A DNA stretch of 64,000 bases, from contig NIVC01003171.1 in NCBI GenBank assembly GCA_002269645.1, positions 1 to 64,000 on the forward strand. Direction: 5' to 3'. Below, in pieces: positions 14,270 through 27,000 of this stretch. The position numbers and the translations under genes are program-made. The notes under the pieces are model-generated. The model was not told where the DNA came from. It saw only the letters and a program-made list of their open reading frames with translations, and searched no databases. How positions within the stretch are numbered: position 1 is the first letter of the stretch; every line of letters begins with the position of its first letter. This DNA is from Macrostomum lignano (taxonomy: Eukaryota).

Positions 14270-15130
14270 CAGTTGCTAAGCCAAAATATAGATTGTTACT
14301 AAGCTGTTGCTAAGCCAAATCTAGCTTGTTGCTATGCTGTTGCTAAGCCAAATCTAGCTTGTTGCTATGACTGTTGCTAAGCTAAATCTACCTTGTTGCT
14401 ATGCTGTTGCTAAGCCAAATCTAGCTTGTTGCTATACTGTTGCTAAGCCAAATCTAGCTTGTTGCTATACTGTTGCTAAGCCAAATCTAGCTTGTTGCTA
14501 TGCTGTTGCTAAGCCAAAATCTAGCTTCTTGCTATGACTGTTGCTAAGCCAAATCTAGCTTGTTGCTATGCTGTTGCTAAGCCAAATCTAGCTTGTTGCT
14601 ATGCTGTTGCTAAGCCAAATCTAGCTTGTTGCTATGACTGTTGCTAAGCTAAATCTACATTGTTGCTATGCTGTTGCTAAGCCAAATCTAGCTTGTTGCT
14701 ATACTGTTGCTAAGCCAAATCTAGCTTGTTGCTATACTGTTGCTAAGCCAAATCTAGCTTGTTGCTATGCTGTTGCTAAGCCAAAATCTAGCTTCTTGCT
14801 ATGACTGTTGCTAAGCCAAATCTAGCTTGTTGCTATGCTGTTGCTAAGCCAAATCTAGCTTGTTGCTATACTGTTGCTAAGCCAAATCTAGCTTGTTGCT
14901 ATGCTGTTGCTAAGCCAAAATCTAGCTTCTTGCTATGACTGTTGCTAAGCCAAATCTAGCTTCTTGCTATGACTGTTGCTAAGCCAAATCTAGCTTGTTG
15001 CTATGACTGTTGCTAAGCCAAATCTAGCTTCTTGCTATACTGTTGCTAAGCCAAATCTAGCTTGTTGCTATGCTGTTGCTAAGCCAAATCTAGCTTGTTG
15101 CTATGCTGTTGCTAAGCCAAATCTAGCTAT
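14270..15130. repeat. 33-bp minisatellite (GCTATGCTGTTGCTAAGCCAAATCTAGCTTGTT)n
   Basis: About 25 tandem copies visible. Confidence 0.96.
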
Positions 15131-15264
15131 GCGACAACAAAGCTTAAATTTTTGCTATTCTAAATTTGTTTATACTGAAATAATTCCCTAATAAATCCAG
15201 TTGCTATGCTGCCTATTACAAATAACTGCATCGAGTTTCATGCAAACAATCCGTTGCTGTGATT

Positions 15265-17431
15265 TTAAAGTCTGCCGGAGTTCTTCATTGCGCGAGCCTG
15301 GTGCCGCCGGTGTCGCGCCGCTGCCGCCAACGACGCCGCTTTTTCTGTCGAAGCCGCTTTTGCGGATGCCGACGAAGCGGCCAGCTTCGGCTTTCGCAGC
15401 GCCTGCGGATCGTCGGCGCCAAGGGTGGCGGAGCCATTGAACCGGCGCCGACTGCTCAGACGGACGGCCGTGTCCCTCAGCGAGTAGGACGGGCGCCGGC
15501 GCGGCGCTTCAGCAGCGGTTGTGGCGCTGCCGTTTAAGCACTGTTGGTGACTCGCTACCGGAGCTGCCGACTGCGGCAGCGACGCCGGCGGCACGGGCAG
15601 CACCGCAGCGGGCGAACAAGTCGGCGCCAGGGGCGGCGAGGCAGACGGGGGTGCCGGCTTGCTGGCAGCCGCGGCTGTTCGGGCGAAGGCGCCGCTGCCC
15701 CGCAGCTCGCAGGTTTCGCACTCGCACTGCAGGGAGGCGGGGGAAGCGGGTGAGACTTCTCAAGCCAAGCTGCACTCCAGATCCTTCAGGGGAGGGTCAA
15801 GCTGCACTCCAGATCCTTCAGGGGAGGGTCAAGCTGCTCTCCAGATCCTTCAGGGGAGGGTCAAGCTGCACTCCAGATCTTTCAGGGGAGGGTCAAGCTG
15901 CACTCCAGATCCTTCAAAAATGGGTCAAGCTCCTTCGGGAATTCAGTATCTCTCTGGATCCCACGGACAGCCATTCGTTCACCTGACAGTTGCCGGGGCC
16001 GAAGAAGTCGGGTCCATAGTATAGCAGCACCTCCTGGCCCCGCTTGATCGGCCGGATGGTTCTGTAGAAGTGCAACGCGGCGCCGCTGCCAGTCGCAGGC
16101 TGCAGCGCCAGCTCCACGTTGGGCTCGCAGTCGTGGTTGATGTAGGCGGCAGGGCCCAGCCACAGCTGCGAGCGCTGCCTCCTGCTTGAGTAGATCACTG
16201 AGAAATCGTTAACGCCCGGGCGCAGGTAGTGCAGCTCCTCGTCAGGCGTGAGCTCGGCCGCGCAGCCAATCAGCATGGAGACGGACTCGCCCGCCTGCCA
16301 GTCTCGGGTGGACACGATGCGAGCGCCCATGCCCTGCTCATGGCGGTAGCTGGCGGGGAGATTTATATTTGGGAGATTTCTGTCACTTTGGTCCCCTAAA
16401 TTGGGAGATTTCTGTCACTTTGATCCCCTAAATTTGGGAGATTTCTGTCACTTTGATCCCCTAAATTGGGAAATTTCTGTCACTTTGATCCCCTAAATTT
16501 TGAAATTTGTCACTTTGATCCCCTAAATTGGGAGATTTCTGTCACTTTGATCCCCTAAATTGGGAGATTTCTGTCACTTTGGTCCCCTAAATTTGGGAGA
16601 TTTCTGTCACTTTGATCCCCTAAATTGGGAGATTTCTGTCACTTTGATCCCCTAAATTTGGGAGATTTCTGTCACTTTGATCCCCTAAATTGGGAGATTT
16701 CTGTCACTTTGGTCCCCTAAATTTGGGAGATTTCTGTCACTTTGATCCCCTAAATTGGGAGATTTCTGTCACTTTGATCCCCTAAATTTGGGAGATTTCT
16801 GTCACTTTGATCCCCTAAATTGGGAGATTTCTGTCACTTTGGTCCCCTAAATTTGGGAGATTTCTGTCACTTTGATCCCCTAAATTGGGAAATTTCTGTC
16901 ATTATGATCCCATAATTAGAAATTTTCTATCACTCTGTTCTTCCAATTGGACACCGCTGCCATATCAATACCCAATGGGAAATCTGCGATTTTTATCCCA
17001 AATTCTGAGGCCAACTCTTATTAGACTCACCGGTCGCACCGCTGGATCTGCACCCCGGAACGGGGGTCAAACAGGTGCAAATAGCGGAACAGGTGCAGCC
17101 GGAGGTTGGGATCCCGCTGAGCGGCCTCGTCCAGGCAGCATTTCTGGCCGCTGATGGGGTCGCCGAACACCAGGCTGTGGTAGGCGGCGTCGTAGTCGGT
17201 GTCGCAGCAGAACCGCTCGATCACTTTGCGCCAGTAGCGCCGCAGATGGCGGGAGCTGCGGAACCTGTCGGACATTTTGTGACTGTCGATGTCCAGGTAG
17301 GCGTCAACCACCATCGAGTTGGCCAGGTCGTCCAGGTCGCCCAGCTGCCGGGCCGACAGACCGCCAGTGTACAGGCAGGGCTGCGCCGGCCGCCGATGGT
17401 CCAGCTGGATCGGAGTGAGGCCCGGCTGGCA
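15265..17431 (-). CDS. Suv4-20: Histone H4K20 methyltransferase Suv4-20/KMT5B-C homolog; exons ~17431-17031, 16349-15983, 15726-15265; start codon not located
   Basis: [30 protein letters not shown] (Suv4-20 N-helix), [93 protein letters not shown]. Junctions are in phase. Confidence 0.93.
15765..15915. repeat. 32-bp tandem repeat (~4.5 copies), Suv4-20 intron 2
   Basis: Unit ATCCTTCAGGGGAGGGTCAAGCTGCACTCCAG. Confidence 0.9.
16370..16915. repeat. 32/33-bp minisatellite (GGGAGATTTCTGTCACTTTGATCCCCTAAATT)n, Suv4-20 intron 1
   Basis: Directly visible. Confidence 0.96.
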
Positions 17432-18647
17432 ATGCGAAATGGGGTGGGACTTGGAACTGGGGTGGGTAAGCGCCAATTGCACTGACTGACTGCTGAGCGC
17501 ATGCAAGCATGGAGATGCATGCGCAACAGTCGGCCGATGCGGCCGACCGATTTGGCGGCCAACCAAGGTAAGTCGCAAAAATACCCACTAGTAGGAATAC
17601 AGACGTAGTACTAATTAGATGACGAGGCATTTAGCCTTAATAGAACAGTAATAGTTACACCTGCCGTTTACCCAAAATTGCGTTAAGTTTGCTTTAGTTT
17701 CTTTTACAGGTAAGTCGCATTTTTGGCCCAAAACTACGTCGCATTTTTTGTTAAAACTAAGTCGCACGGCCGACCGAATTTTGGAGGTTGCGCATGTATG
17801 TGGAGATATGATGCAGGCTCTTACTCATTCAATACACAGTCACAGGTTGTATAACAGCTCTGAGTTTCTAATTGCATGAACATTCTCTGTACCTTAAGGG
17901 TCTGCCTGACTGTTTGTGAATTTCATAACCTTAAAAATTAAGTAATCCAAAACATTGGTGCTAAACTATACTCAGCAACATTAAAAAGTGACCACCCTTT
18001 GCCCCAGTGAGCAGTGTCTTTCAACCAGCATCTATAACCTGGCCAACCATTTTGATATTGAAAAATGCTTGAAAAAAACAATGAAAACTGGGCAGAAGCT
18101 TCTATCCCATCCGATCTTTGCACTCCACTTTTCCCAATCCCTCCTTATCCAGCCCAGCTCTGCATTGTGTGGTGCAAGTTGTTGCATCACTCAAAAGTAA
18201 ATACTGAGCTAGAATTTCCTGTGCACCCTCAAAGGTGGCAACTTTTTAATGTTGTTGAGTATATATCATTTTATTTAAAAATGAAAAAAGTCTCTATCAG
18301 TCATGCAATAGCATGTATATGTCTTTGAATCTATCATAGTCATATGCTCATAGTAGTAGTAGTGTAGTAGTAATAGTAGTAGTATAGTCATAAAGATAGA
18401 ATCTTTTGATGCTATTTTGGTTTTGGTTTTTGTTTTATATAGACACTTGTACTTTTATTTAATTTAAACATGTGTTTTCATACTGTGTATTTTATATATT
18501 TTTTATTTATTTTATTATTAGATAAGAATGGTCGAAGGGGTAAAAAAGTTATAAGTAATAGTAATGGGACCCAGAAAAAGTAATGCAAAAGTAATGATTA
18601 TTATCACTTTAGTAAAAAATAATAAGCAAAGCACTTAACATTGCTTA

Positions 18648-19518
18648 TGAGGTAGGCCTTATCTTAGCGATTGCTTGTTTCTTAGAAAATAGTACGTTTG
18701 AAATTAGACTATTTTTGTTTTAATGCGTATAGTATTAGTAGTATTGTAAATATTATGAATATTATGAAATGTTTTTTGTTTAAAACGAACTAAGAGAAGA
18801 GTATAAATACACGAGCTGAAACTGAAGGAGAGCAACTCGCCTCGTTGCATGGCTTCAAAGCTTAAAACTGTTCTAGTATCCTAAAATTGAAGCTTGATTA
18901 ATACTTATTGACTTAGTTATTTAGCAGCATTAGGATCCCCAAATTGGGAGAAACTTAGTCCGTTCTCAGAGAACGAGAAATCCTAGACTTAGAAGTCTAG
19001 TAACCCGCCTTTAGAAAGGCAGAAATCCTACCACAGGGTAGAGAAATCCAGGCTTAGAGTCTGAGAAACCCGCCTCAGGGCAGAATACCCAGCGAAGTGC
19101 GCTGTGACCCTCTGATCCCGGCAACGCCCGGACTGAGAGAAACCCTCCTAGAGGAGTGAATTGGGGATACATAGAGTTAGAGGATTAGTGCCAGGAGACC
19201 GCTCAGGCCAATAAAAGTACATACGCTACCAATAGAAGTACATGCACTACGAGTAAAGGTCAAGTAATAACCAGCAATATTAACAAAAAGGAATAACCCC
19301 TGCAACAGCTTGGTGGCAGCTAGTAAGGCTAGCAAAAGAATAAGTAGGAGCCCTGGGACAGCTTTTGGTGTCAGCGGTTGAAATTGTATAGAGAGATGGA
19401 GCCCTACGACAGCTTTTGGCGGCATAACGGTGGAATTCTTATATAGAGCCAAAAGGCCTGTAACAACTTGGTAACAGCAGTGGGATATTATTAAGAAGGA
19501 AGCAAAACCCCTAGCACA
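18648..19518 (+). repeat. 5' LTR (871 bp)
   Basis: Matches 23730 onward at offset 5082 with five substitutions seen before the terminal unit. AATAAA at ~19210. Confidence 0.93.
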
Positions 19519-19522
19519 ACTT

Positions 19523-19540
19523 TGGTGGCAGCGGTGGGAT
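19523..19540 (+). promoter_or_regulatory. Primer-binding site for tRNA-Leu (AAG/TAG type)
   Basis: TGGTGGCAGCGGTGGGAT is the exact complement of the conserved metazoan tRNA-Leu 3' end ..ATCCCACCGCTGCCA-CCA (vertebrate sequence used as proxy). Confidence 0.9.
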
Positions 19541-19645
19541 CAGAGAAACGGCGCGACTTAGCACCTAGATCAGAGAAACGGCGCGACTTAGATCAGAGAA
19601 ACGGCGCAAATTAGATCAGAGAAACGGCGCGAATCAGATCAGAAA
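19538..19645 (+). repeat. Leader repeat GATCAGAGAAACGGCGCG(ACTTA) x4 between PBS and gag
   Basis: Copies start at 19538, 19568, 19591 and 19614, with a partial copy at 19637. Confidence 0.85.
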
Positions 19646-19677
19646 CAGAGAAATAGCAGAACCTGACAAGATCAGAG

Positions 19678-20268
19678 ATGGCCAACGCAAATGATGCGAT
19701 TGCGATGCTAGCTGAAGAGCTAAGAAACAGGTTAGAACTAGGATCACTAAAGCAGGTAGAAGTAGAAAAGTACACGCCTGACAAGAACATCAGGCAGTGG
19801 CTCAATGCATTCGAGCAGCAATGCAGGATGCAAGGATTTAACGGAGAAGAGCGGAAGGAAGCCCTCTTCGCCAATCTGGATATCCCAGAAGGACTGAAGC
19901 GGAGGATGAGCCATAGGAAAGATCAGCAGCATTATCAGGAGATTAGGAGGCAGATCATTGAGGAGTTTGAGCCAAAACAGCAGAACCAGAAAGGAGGAAC
20001 TGAAGCCCTAGTGGAGTGCTTGGTCACCTTGATAACTATCTTCACTAGTATCAACGTGAACTCAAACCCGGAACGGCAGCAGCAGTTTCAGCAGCCAATG
20101 CCAAAGCCGCGTCCCCAGTTCAGGCACCGATTTAGTGGCGCCAGACCTGAGCCAAAACCCGGCCATTGCTTCTTCTGTGGGCAGCCAGGATCGATAAGAC
20201 CACAGGCAGGCCACAAGTGTAGGATAGACTTCAGAAAAGCCAGACAGCGAGCTCAGGAGAAAGGATGA
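19678..20268 (+). CDS. Gag-like protein with degenerate zinc knuckle
   Basis: First ORF after the PBS. Has a capsid-like IRQWLNAFEQQC segment and C-terminal CFFCGQPG...GHKC. Confidence 0.75.
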   Translation: MANANDAIAMLAEELRNRLELGSLKQVEVEKYTPDKNIRQWLNAFEQQCRMQGFNGEERKEALFANLDIPEGLKRRMSHRKDQQHYQEIRRQIIEEFEPKQQNQKGGTEALVECLVTLITIFTSINVNSNPERQQQFQQPMPKPRPQFRHRFSGARPEPKPGHCFFCGQPGSIRPQAGHKCRIDFRKARQRAQEKG

Positions 20269-21559
20269 GAGTTGAGTCTGTAAAGCACGATTCAGTTAAA
20301 GCTCAGAAAAGTGTACATAGTATCCATAAAAAATATAAAAATTTATAAAAGCTTCGAAAAAGAAAATAAAAATGTTTAAATTAGCACTGTATAATGTATA
20401 AAAAGCACCCAATTGCTTACTGGAACCCTTAGAAGGGCCGTTTTAACGAAAAATACCCTATGCAAGCCGCTAATGCATAAGAATGTTCGATCTAGCACTA
20501 TACTATGTAAATAGCACATCAAATTGCTAAAAGTGAATACCTTAGAAGAGTTGTTATAATAAAATATCTGATAGAAACCTTAAAAGGGCCGTTTTACTAA
20601 AATTCAGATATAGGCTTAATTTGGGATAGTGAAGTTGCTCAGAAAATAGGAAACCTAACTAATTAGCCAAAGTCCTTCCAGAATATTAATAAAAGGCTCT
20701 GCGGAAAGAAATAATTGAGAATAACTCTGACAAACAGGAATAGAAGCGAGATAAGAGTTGTGAAGTTGAGAAGTTTTGAAGAGAGAATTGAGACAAGAAG
20801 TGAAAATCGAAGCAAGTGTACTAGAAGCAGAGGTAGACTAGGAAAAGCCTAGCCGCACCCTCGAAATGCTGATAGGCACGAAGCTGTTGTAGAAGTGAAT
20901 TCGAGAGAAGAATTCAGGAGATATTGAGACGAGAAGAGAATTTGGAGAAAAGTTGAGAATTTGATGAAGAAAATTGAGAAAATTCTGATCAGCTATCTTC
21001 GTGTGTCCCTCTTTAGATAAAGACTTCATTGCTTTCTAAAAGGATGCGATAGACTGAGAAGAACAAAAATAGAGCAGAGTTTGAGAAGATTGTGTAGATA
21101 GAAGCTCGAAAATGTCAAAGGCACTACTGAGTGACCGAACTAAGTAGAGCATGATGAAAATCGTTGTGAGAAATTGATGAAAAGACGTAAACGAGGAGAT
21201 TCCGCATCGAGAAATTAGCAGCTAGAAAACGTTGTGTGCCACTACTGAGTAGAAATGAGAGAAAGTCGAAGTGAGAAATTGTCAGAGATAATTTAAAAGT
21301 CCTCTTTTAGAAAGAGAGATAATTTAATTAAATTGAGAAAACCAAGAATGAAATTTCTTGATCCCGCTTAGAAAGGCATGATTTAATCATTTAAAGTCCT
21401 CTCTCAAGGATCTTGAAAGCTGAAAGAGAAATTTGATAGATGGAACTACTGAAAGAGTACTCTGCCTAATGGTGAAAGCAAGGTAGCCCATTGGCAGCCA
21501 AATTTCAGCCTGATCCTAAGAGCAGCGTAATTTCGGAAGGTAGAGGATTGAAAATTACT

Positions 21560-21998
21560 TAATTTAATAAATTACCAAATTAAAGAGACGGAACTTACAA
21601 ATAGGGGAAGGCAGAAAGAACAACAGACAAAGAGAGAGCCAAAAAGTAAGGAAAGGCAACAACAACAGAAGTTAGGAAAGAAAGAAAACATTGTAGAACC
21701 AGTAATACTAGACGACAGTTCAGAGGATGAGAGAATCCTATGGAGAGCGCGAGAAATCGAACAGAACGAGCCAAATGAGGAAGGAATTGAGCAGAATGAA
21801 GGAGAGTTGGAGCATGAATCATTAGACAGTGAGAGAGCCGAGCCAACCGAAATAGGTGACACATCAGAGCCAAACCAAGATAGGAGTGAGAACGAAAGAG
21901 CCGAACAAAGGCATCACTATAATCTGAGACCACGGAGTGAAAGCTTAGTCACCACAGGCTTTGTTCCCCGGAGGCGCTATTCTCACTATCGAAAGTAA
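21560..21998 (+). pseudogene. Remnant of pol/integrase C-terminal tail
   Basis: Acidic low-complexity frame ending HHYNLRPR, typical of Gypsy Pol C-termini. Upstream DNA is stop-ridden. Confidence 0.4.
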
Positions 21999-22389
21999 AG
22001 ATGACGTAATCAGCGAACCAAAACCCCATTAGAATCAGTGTAAAATTGTTTCCATTTGTAAATAGACTCTACAAAAAAAGCTCAATAAAATAAAAACTAT
22101 AAAAGCTACAAAAAATACAAAAACATCATAATAATCTGTAAATAGTTATCTATAAAATGGTATATTGCTCATCATTGTATCTATTATATTAAGAAAGTTA
22201 TATGCATGTGAAAAATGACTCAAAGTTCTCAGCGGAGCCAAAGTGTCAAGAGTGAAGCCCAGACCCCTCCCCGAGAGCGAACACGAAGATGCGGTCCAGT
22301 TTTCCGAATATATAAACAAAACCCCTGAGGCTCCTCAGACCCGTCAATCACACCTTGCTAAGCCAAGAGTCAAACCGCTAGAAATTCTA

Positions 22390-23242
<853 letters not shown>

Positions 23243-23729
23243 CAGATGGACCAGCCAGGGCACCGGCAGTTGATTAACATTGAGCTGCGGTGGATGCTCA
23301 CGCAGTTCGACTGGCCAGCATTTCGAGACGTACATGCACCTTGCGAATTTTAACTAATTGAACTGATAAAGGAATGAACTTTAAGTGTTTTTCTATTATG
23401 CTTTTACTATTCTTTACATTAATTCTTACTTAGCATTTAATGTTGTGAACTGTGCTTTATCTTGCGTAGTGAGTATGCTTTTTATCTTTGTATCTTAGTA
23501 TCCATACCATAGTGAGTATGGTTTTCCTTTTTTGTGTGCTTTGCATATAATTGTAGCCTAATTTTGTCAATTGCTTTGCTTCCGTGTACTGCTTGATTTT
23601 ACTTTTGCCTTATTATTGAAATGTCATTCTATCACTTTACTGCCATGTTTGTACTTATATTTTGACAATTTTACTCACGTCAAATTTTTGTAAATTTTTG
23701 TTCATAAATATTGTCTTAGGGAAGGCAGT

Positions 23730-24654
23730 TGAGGTAGGCCTTATCTTAGCGATTGCTTGTTTCTTAGAAAATAGTACATTTGAAATTAGACTATTTTTGT
23801 TTTAATGCGTATAATATTAGTAGTATTGTAAATATTATGAATATTATGAAATGTTTTTTGTTTAAAACGAACTAAGAGAAGAGTATAAATACACAAGCTG
23901 AAACTGAAGGAGAGCAACTCGCCTCGTTGCATGGCTTCAAAGCTTAAAACTGTTCTAGTATCCTAAAATTGAAGCTTGATTAATACTTATTGACTTAGTT
24001 ATTTAGCAGCATTAGGATCCCCAAATTGGGAGAAACTTAGTCCGTTCTCAGAGAACGAGAAATCCTAGACTTAGAAGTCTAGTAACCCGCCTTTAGAAAG
24101 GCAGAAATCCTACCACAGGGTAGAGAAATCCAGGCTTAGAGTCTGAGAAACCCGCCTCAGGGCAGAATACCCAGCGAAGTGCGCTGTGACCCTCTGATCC
24201 CGGCAACGCCCGGACTGAGAGAAACCCTCCTAGAGGAGTGAATTGGGGATACATAGAGTTAGAGGATTAGTGCCAGGAGACCGCTCAGGCCAATAAAAGT
24301 ACATACGCTACCAATAGAAGTACATGCACTACGAGTAAAGGTCAAGTAATAACCAGCAATATTAACAAAAAGGAATAACCCCTGCAACAGCTTGGTGGCA
24401 GCTAGTAAGGCTAGCAAAAGAATAAGTAGGAGCCCTGGGACAGCTTTTGGTGTCAGCGGTTGAAATTGTATAGAGAGATGGAGCCCTACGACAGCTTTTG
24501 GTGGCATAATGGTGGAATTCTTATATAGAGCCAAAAGGCCTGTAACAACTTGGTAACAGCAGTGGGATATTATTAAGAAGGAAGCAAAACCTCTAGTACA
24601 ACTTAGTGACAGCGGTGAAATCATTTGTAGGGACAGAAGTTAACCCCTAGCACA
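23730..24654 (+). repeat. 3' LTR (925 bp, one extra 54-bp unit)
   Basis: Ends CCCCTAGCACA and is followed by TSD CTTA. Confidence 0.9.
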
Positions 24655-27000
24655 CTTAGAACAATTACAAATAGATATTAAGCCCTATGCTAAGCCCTAT
24701 GACCATATTCATATCAGCTTATTTAGTCAAATCTTAGTGGCAATGGACTAGTCTATAAAGCCTAACTATATTGAACCCAAAATATACTGACTAATGAAGC
24801 ACACTTAGGCTTATTTATTATAAGCTAGTTAAATATTATTTAAGTAGCTTAAGCTAGTATTATACACTTAGACTATTAATTTATTATAAATTTGCAAAAG
24901 AATTGTTTAATAACTTTATGCTATATTAACTTTTTTTAAAAATACTAAAATTTTTATAACTTTAATATATTATTTTTTGTACTCATACAAACAATAATAG
25001 TATGGCATAGGCTTTTCCAAGTCAATAATAAGTGTATGTGTGTTATATAGTACATGCTATATACCAAAATTTAGGCCTTTGTGCACCATAAGACTTTTTT
25101 ATACTCAGTGTGCATTAGCTAGTATAAATATATACCAGAAATTTTTAGCACAAATGACATGATCCTGAGTATGACTAATAGATAAATATAGAAAAAATCT
25201 AAATGTTGTAGATATCTAAGTATTAGGCCTATGCTTAGAATTATATTCGACTTTATAATTAAGCCTTAGGCCTCATCCATTAATATTACGAAACATGTTA
25301 TTATTACCAACATGAATATTATTAATATACAATATATATTAATAAGCCTAGTGGTCTATATATTAAACAATATTATAATAGAGCCCAACCAAGATCTTGA
25401 TCTTGATCTTCTTGAACTTTTAAGAATTGGCCTTTTTGGGTCATTTTGAAAAATTCTCAAAATTTCAAGAATGATCTGGAAATTTCTACTAGAAGATACT
25501 ACTAGCATTTGGCATCCTACTAGTCTTAGGCTAACACTTATGAGGCCCTGAGCTACTAAGAACCAGAGGCTACTATTGCTAGAGCAATATACTATGGCTA
25601 CTAAATAATGAGTAAAATACAATATAAGATAAGAAAAGATATATAATACTTATTAACTTATACTATAAGCTAAATTTTATGACTTTTTCATAAGTATTAT
25701 TCTTACTAAGCTATATAAATTCATAATTGCAGCCTGATCTTTAATTCTTGATTGATTTATTCTTGATCTCAATTTTTAATAAAAATTCTTGCTCATGCTT
25801 GATCTTGCTTAAAAACAAAAATCTAATCTTGGTTGGACTCTAATAGTAATAAGTAAATAGGCCTATTTATGACTATGATCACTACTAGGCCTGAGGGCCT
25901 AGCCTATGGCTCAACATAAGGCTTAAGCTATAAGCTAATCAGGTCAGCTATGAATATAATCTAGTAGCTAGTACACCATAGTAGGATCTAAAAATAAAAA
26001 ATAAGAGCAGGCCTTGGCCAAATAAATAATGTAATGATTTATAGGCCTATCATATTTTATGCCTAGAATTCTTAGGGGCTAGGTCAAACTAATGTCAATA
26101 ACTAGGATAAGTATAGGACCTATTTTTATTATAGTATTAAAGGTATGCCTATGGCTACATGCTATGATGATAATTTTTTTCTGGAATTTTTAAAAAAGAA
26201 CATTTCTGCACATTCATATACTGATAGTAGTCCAATTCTATAGGCCTACCATACCATATCATACAAGCGTACTATCACAACCTAAGATTTGTTACTTCTC
26301 TCTGCTCTGCTAGCTGATTTAAATAGGCATAAAGCCTCTCTGCACATACAAGTGTTTTAAATTCCTAATTTTATCTTACTGATTATGAATTGTGTCGAAA
26401 TAATGATTGAAAAAACTATGTAACATAGGCCTGTATCAAGGCGTCAAGCTTTAAGTTTAGTCTTTGGTTTGGGTTTGGCTTTAGTAGTCAGAACATTGGC
26501 TATCCTTCAGAACATTCGTTAAATTACTGTCTCATTTTTAACTGATTCTTAGCGTTTATTAGGACGTAGAATTAGTAATAGTATAGATAAAGTTTTATGA
26601 CGCAGAATTAAAAACCTAATTGAAATTGGTCCAAACCTCTATCTAACCACTATGTGGCATCATGCTGCTAACGACAATAATATCATAGCCAGAAATACAT
26701 GTTTAACTAGTGACGAAATTCTAAATTAAAAAAGTGATGCATATAGCTCGTAACTTCCAAATTTCACTAAAAATAAACTAGGTTGCTGACAACTCATTTT
26801 TGTTAATAATTTCAGCTTCTAATTGTGTTAATTCAAAATGGGTGTTTAGGTTGAATTATTATGTATCTAAATTATTAAATCTTATTTGTAATTGTACGTT
26901 AAAAGAAACAAAAAAGAAGTCGCCTGTCGTCTGCACAAGCTACTCGTGTTTTTATTTTTCTTTGATCCTTTTATTTGAAAATTCGATTTCAAGGGCTACC

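Noticed and set aside
17530-17790. Repeated motifs CGGCCGACCGA and TAAGTCGCA upstream of Suv4-20 as promoter elements
   Set aside because: They are short direct repeats that could equally be a transposon remnant; there is no evidence for function.
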